Shown: positions 46,591-47,462 of the stretch, piece after piece
Position numbering within the stretch: position 1 is the first letter of the stretch
Layout: every line of letters starts with the position of its first letter
NCBI GenBank assembly: GCA_025449595.1
Contig: JANWJC010000105.1
Location: 1 to 47,462, forward strand
Length of the DNA stretch: 47,462 nucleotides
DNA from: Acidobacteriota bacterium
GTDB lineage: Bacteria; Actinomycetota; Actinomycetes; S36-B12; CAIYMF01
Reading direction: 5' to 3'
Position numbers and translations under genes: made by a program
Notes under the pieces: generated by a model
What the model was told of the DNA's origin: nothing
The model's database searches: none
The model's input: the letters and a program-made list of their open reading frames with translations, nothing else

Positions 46591-47462
46591 TCAGTGGAAC
46601 GTCACGATCGCCGCGATCCAGCTGCCGGTGCAATTGCCGGATGCTGTGATCATCGGGGTTCCGGTCGGTGTCTGGTATGCCCTCCCGAGCCCGTTCGAGC
46701 CCGTCGGGTATGAAGTCAGCGTTGACCAGCCAGATCCCCACGTCTGCGGCACGCCGCCGAACGTGGCGACCGCCCCGAACGCGAGCTCTCCGGGCAGTAC
46801 TACTACACCGGCGGACCCGGAGCTGTAGGGACCCGCGGGCCCGGCATTCGTTGCCGCCTGGTCTGCCGTCGACGCGCCGGCCACCTCGTCAGCCAAGATC
46901 CGGTAGCTCGCCGCCGTGGGGAACGAGACGGTGATCCGGGCTCCAACGGCCAACCCTGTGCTCGCTCTCCCCGACAGGATGATCAATCGATTGCCCGAGC
47001 TGTCCGCTTGGGAAGCGGCGACAGTCAAGGTGTCCCCGGCTGCGTCGGTTCCGCTCACCGCACCGGTCGGTGTGGTGCCGGTCAGCTGCACAGTGACAAC
47101 GATCAAGTTGCCGGCAGTGACGCCCTGGGTGCGCCATACAGCCACGTACCCTGAGGTGTGCGAACTCGTGGAGTAGTTGGTGGCGATCTGGTTGACGTAG
47201 CTGGCAGGTGAACCCGTGGCAGGCGGGGTCACAGTGACCGAACTCGTCGCGGTCGACGTCGTACCGTCGCTGTCCGTGACGGTCACGGTCACGGAGTAGT
47301 TCCCTGGCGCCGAGTAGGTGTGCCCCGCCGAAGAAGCGGACAGCGGACCCGAGGTGGTCCCGTCCCCGAAATCGAAGGCATAGCTCTGGATCGGCGCACT
47401 GCCCGGCGACGAGGCCGAGGCGTCAGCGGTCAACGCCAGCGGCGCGGACCCAGTCGTCGCGC
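46591..47462 (-). CDS. 3' part of a secreted PKD-domain protein (the frame is open to the right edge of the window) with a ~190-aa C-terminal beta-rich domain of unknown function
   Basis: YAFDFGDGTTSG...HTYSAPGNYSVTVTVTDSDGTTS is a canonical PKD repeat. The in-frame codons 47434-47462 contain no stop, and the track start is a TTG. Confidence 0.7.
   Translation of the reverse strand, partial: ATTGSAPLALTADASASSPGSAPIQSYAFDFGDGTTSGPLSASSAGHTYSAPGNYSVTVTVTDSDGTTSTATSSVTVTPPATGSPASYVNQIATNYSTSSHTSGYVAVWRTQGVTAGNLIVVTVQLTGTTPTGAVSGTDAAGDTLTVAASQADSSGNRLIILSGRASTGLAVGARITVSFPTAASYRILADEVAGASTADQAATNAGPAGPYSSGSAGVVVLPGELAFGAVATFGGVPQTWGSGWSTLTSYPTGSNGLGRAYQTPTGTPMITASGNCTGSWIAAIVTFH

Overview
This is a 47.5 kb high-G+C chromosomal segment. 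The mycothiol-type formaldehyde dehydrogenase and the gene order point to Actinomycetota. All calls come from reading the ORF translations and the DNA by eye. No database search was run, so every family name is a motif-level recognition. The ORF track starts at the first ATG, GTG or TTG, so many ORFs are over-extended; I trimmed starts where stop/start overlaps or a Shine-Dalgarno sequence supported it.

Layout:
- (1) 1-19.1 kb is mostly core metabolism on the minus strand: metB, a DMT transporter, purH-purN, a PerM-like membrane protein, sucD-sucC, pcrA/uvrD, a large repeat-rich secreted wall peptidase, and an mscR-type dehydrogenase plus MBL hydrolase pair. As I recall it, this matches the mycobacterial uvrD1-sucCD-perM-purNH neighbourhood. 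A lipase-like hydrolase and a VapBC toxin-antitoxin pair lie between sucC and pcrA.
- (2) 19.1-22.4 kb is a more A/T-rich stretch of mobile-element remnants abutting the 3' end of guaA. It holds an intact DUF222-HNH endonuclease gene carrying four copies of a perfect 16-bp palindrome (two of them in frame inside the CDS), an inverted remnant of a second DUF222-HNH gene, and a group II intron relic.
- (3) 22.4-28.3 kb holds guaA, a Pro-rich DUF4190 membrane protein, and a heterodimeric ABC exporter with one degenerate ATP site.
- (4) 28.3-46.3 kb is one unidirectional, translationally coupled minus-strand glycan (Wzx/Wzy-type) operon, preceded by a sensor-less histidine kinase and two NarL-type response regulators.

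The most unusual content is inside that operon. It contains a divergent RtcB-family ligase, an MBL-fold plus Rieske fusion (NamH/CMAH-like), an HprK-like P-loop kinase coupled to a chain-length protein whose own kinase domain looks dead, and an APH-fold kinase. It has only one glycosyltransferase and no visible N-acetyltransferase. No tRNA, rRNA or CRISPR array was seen.
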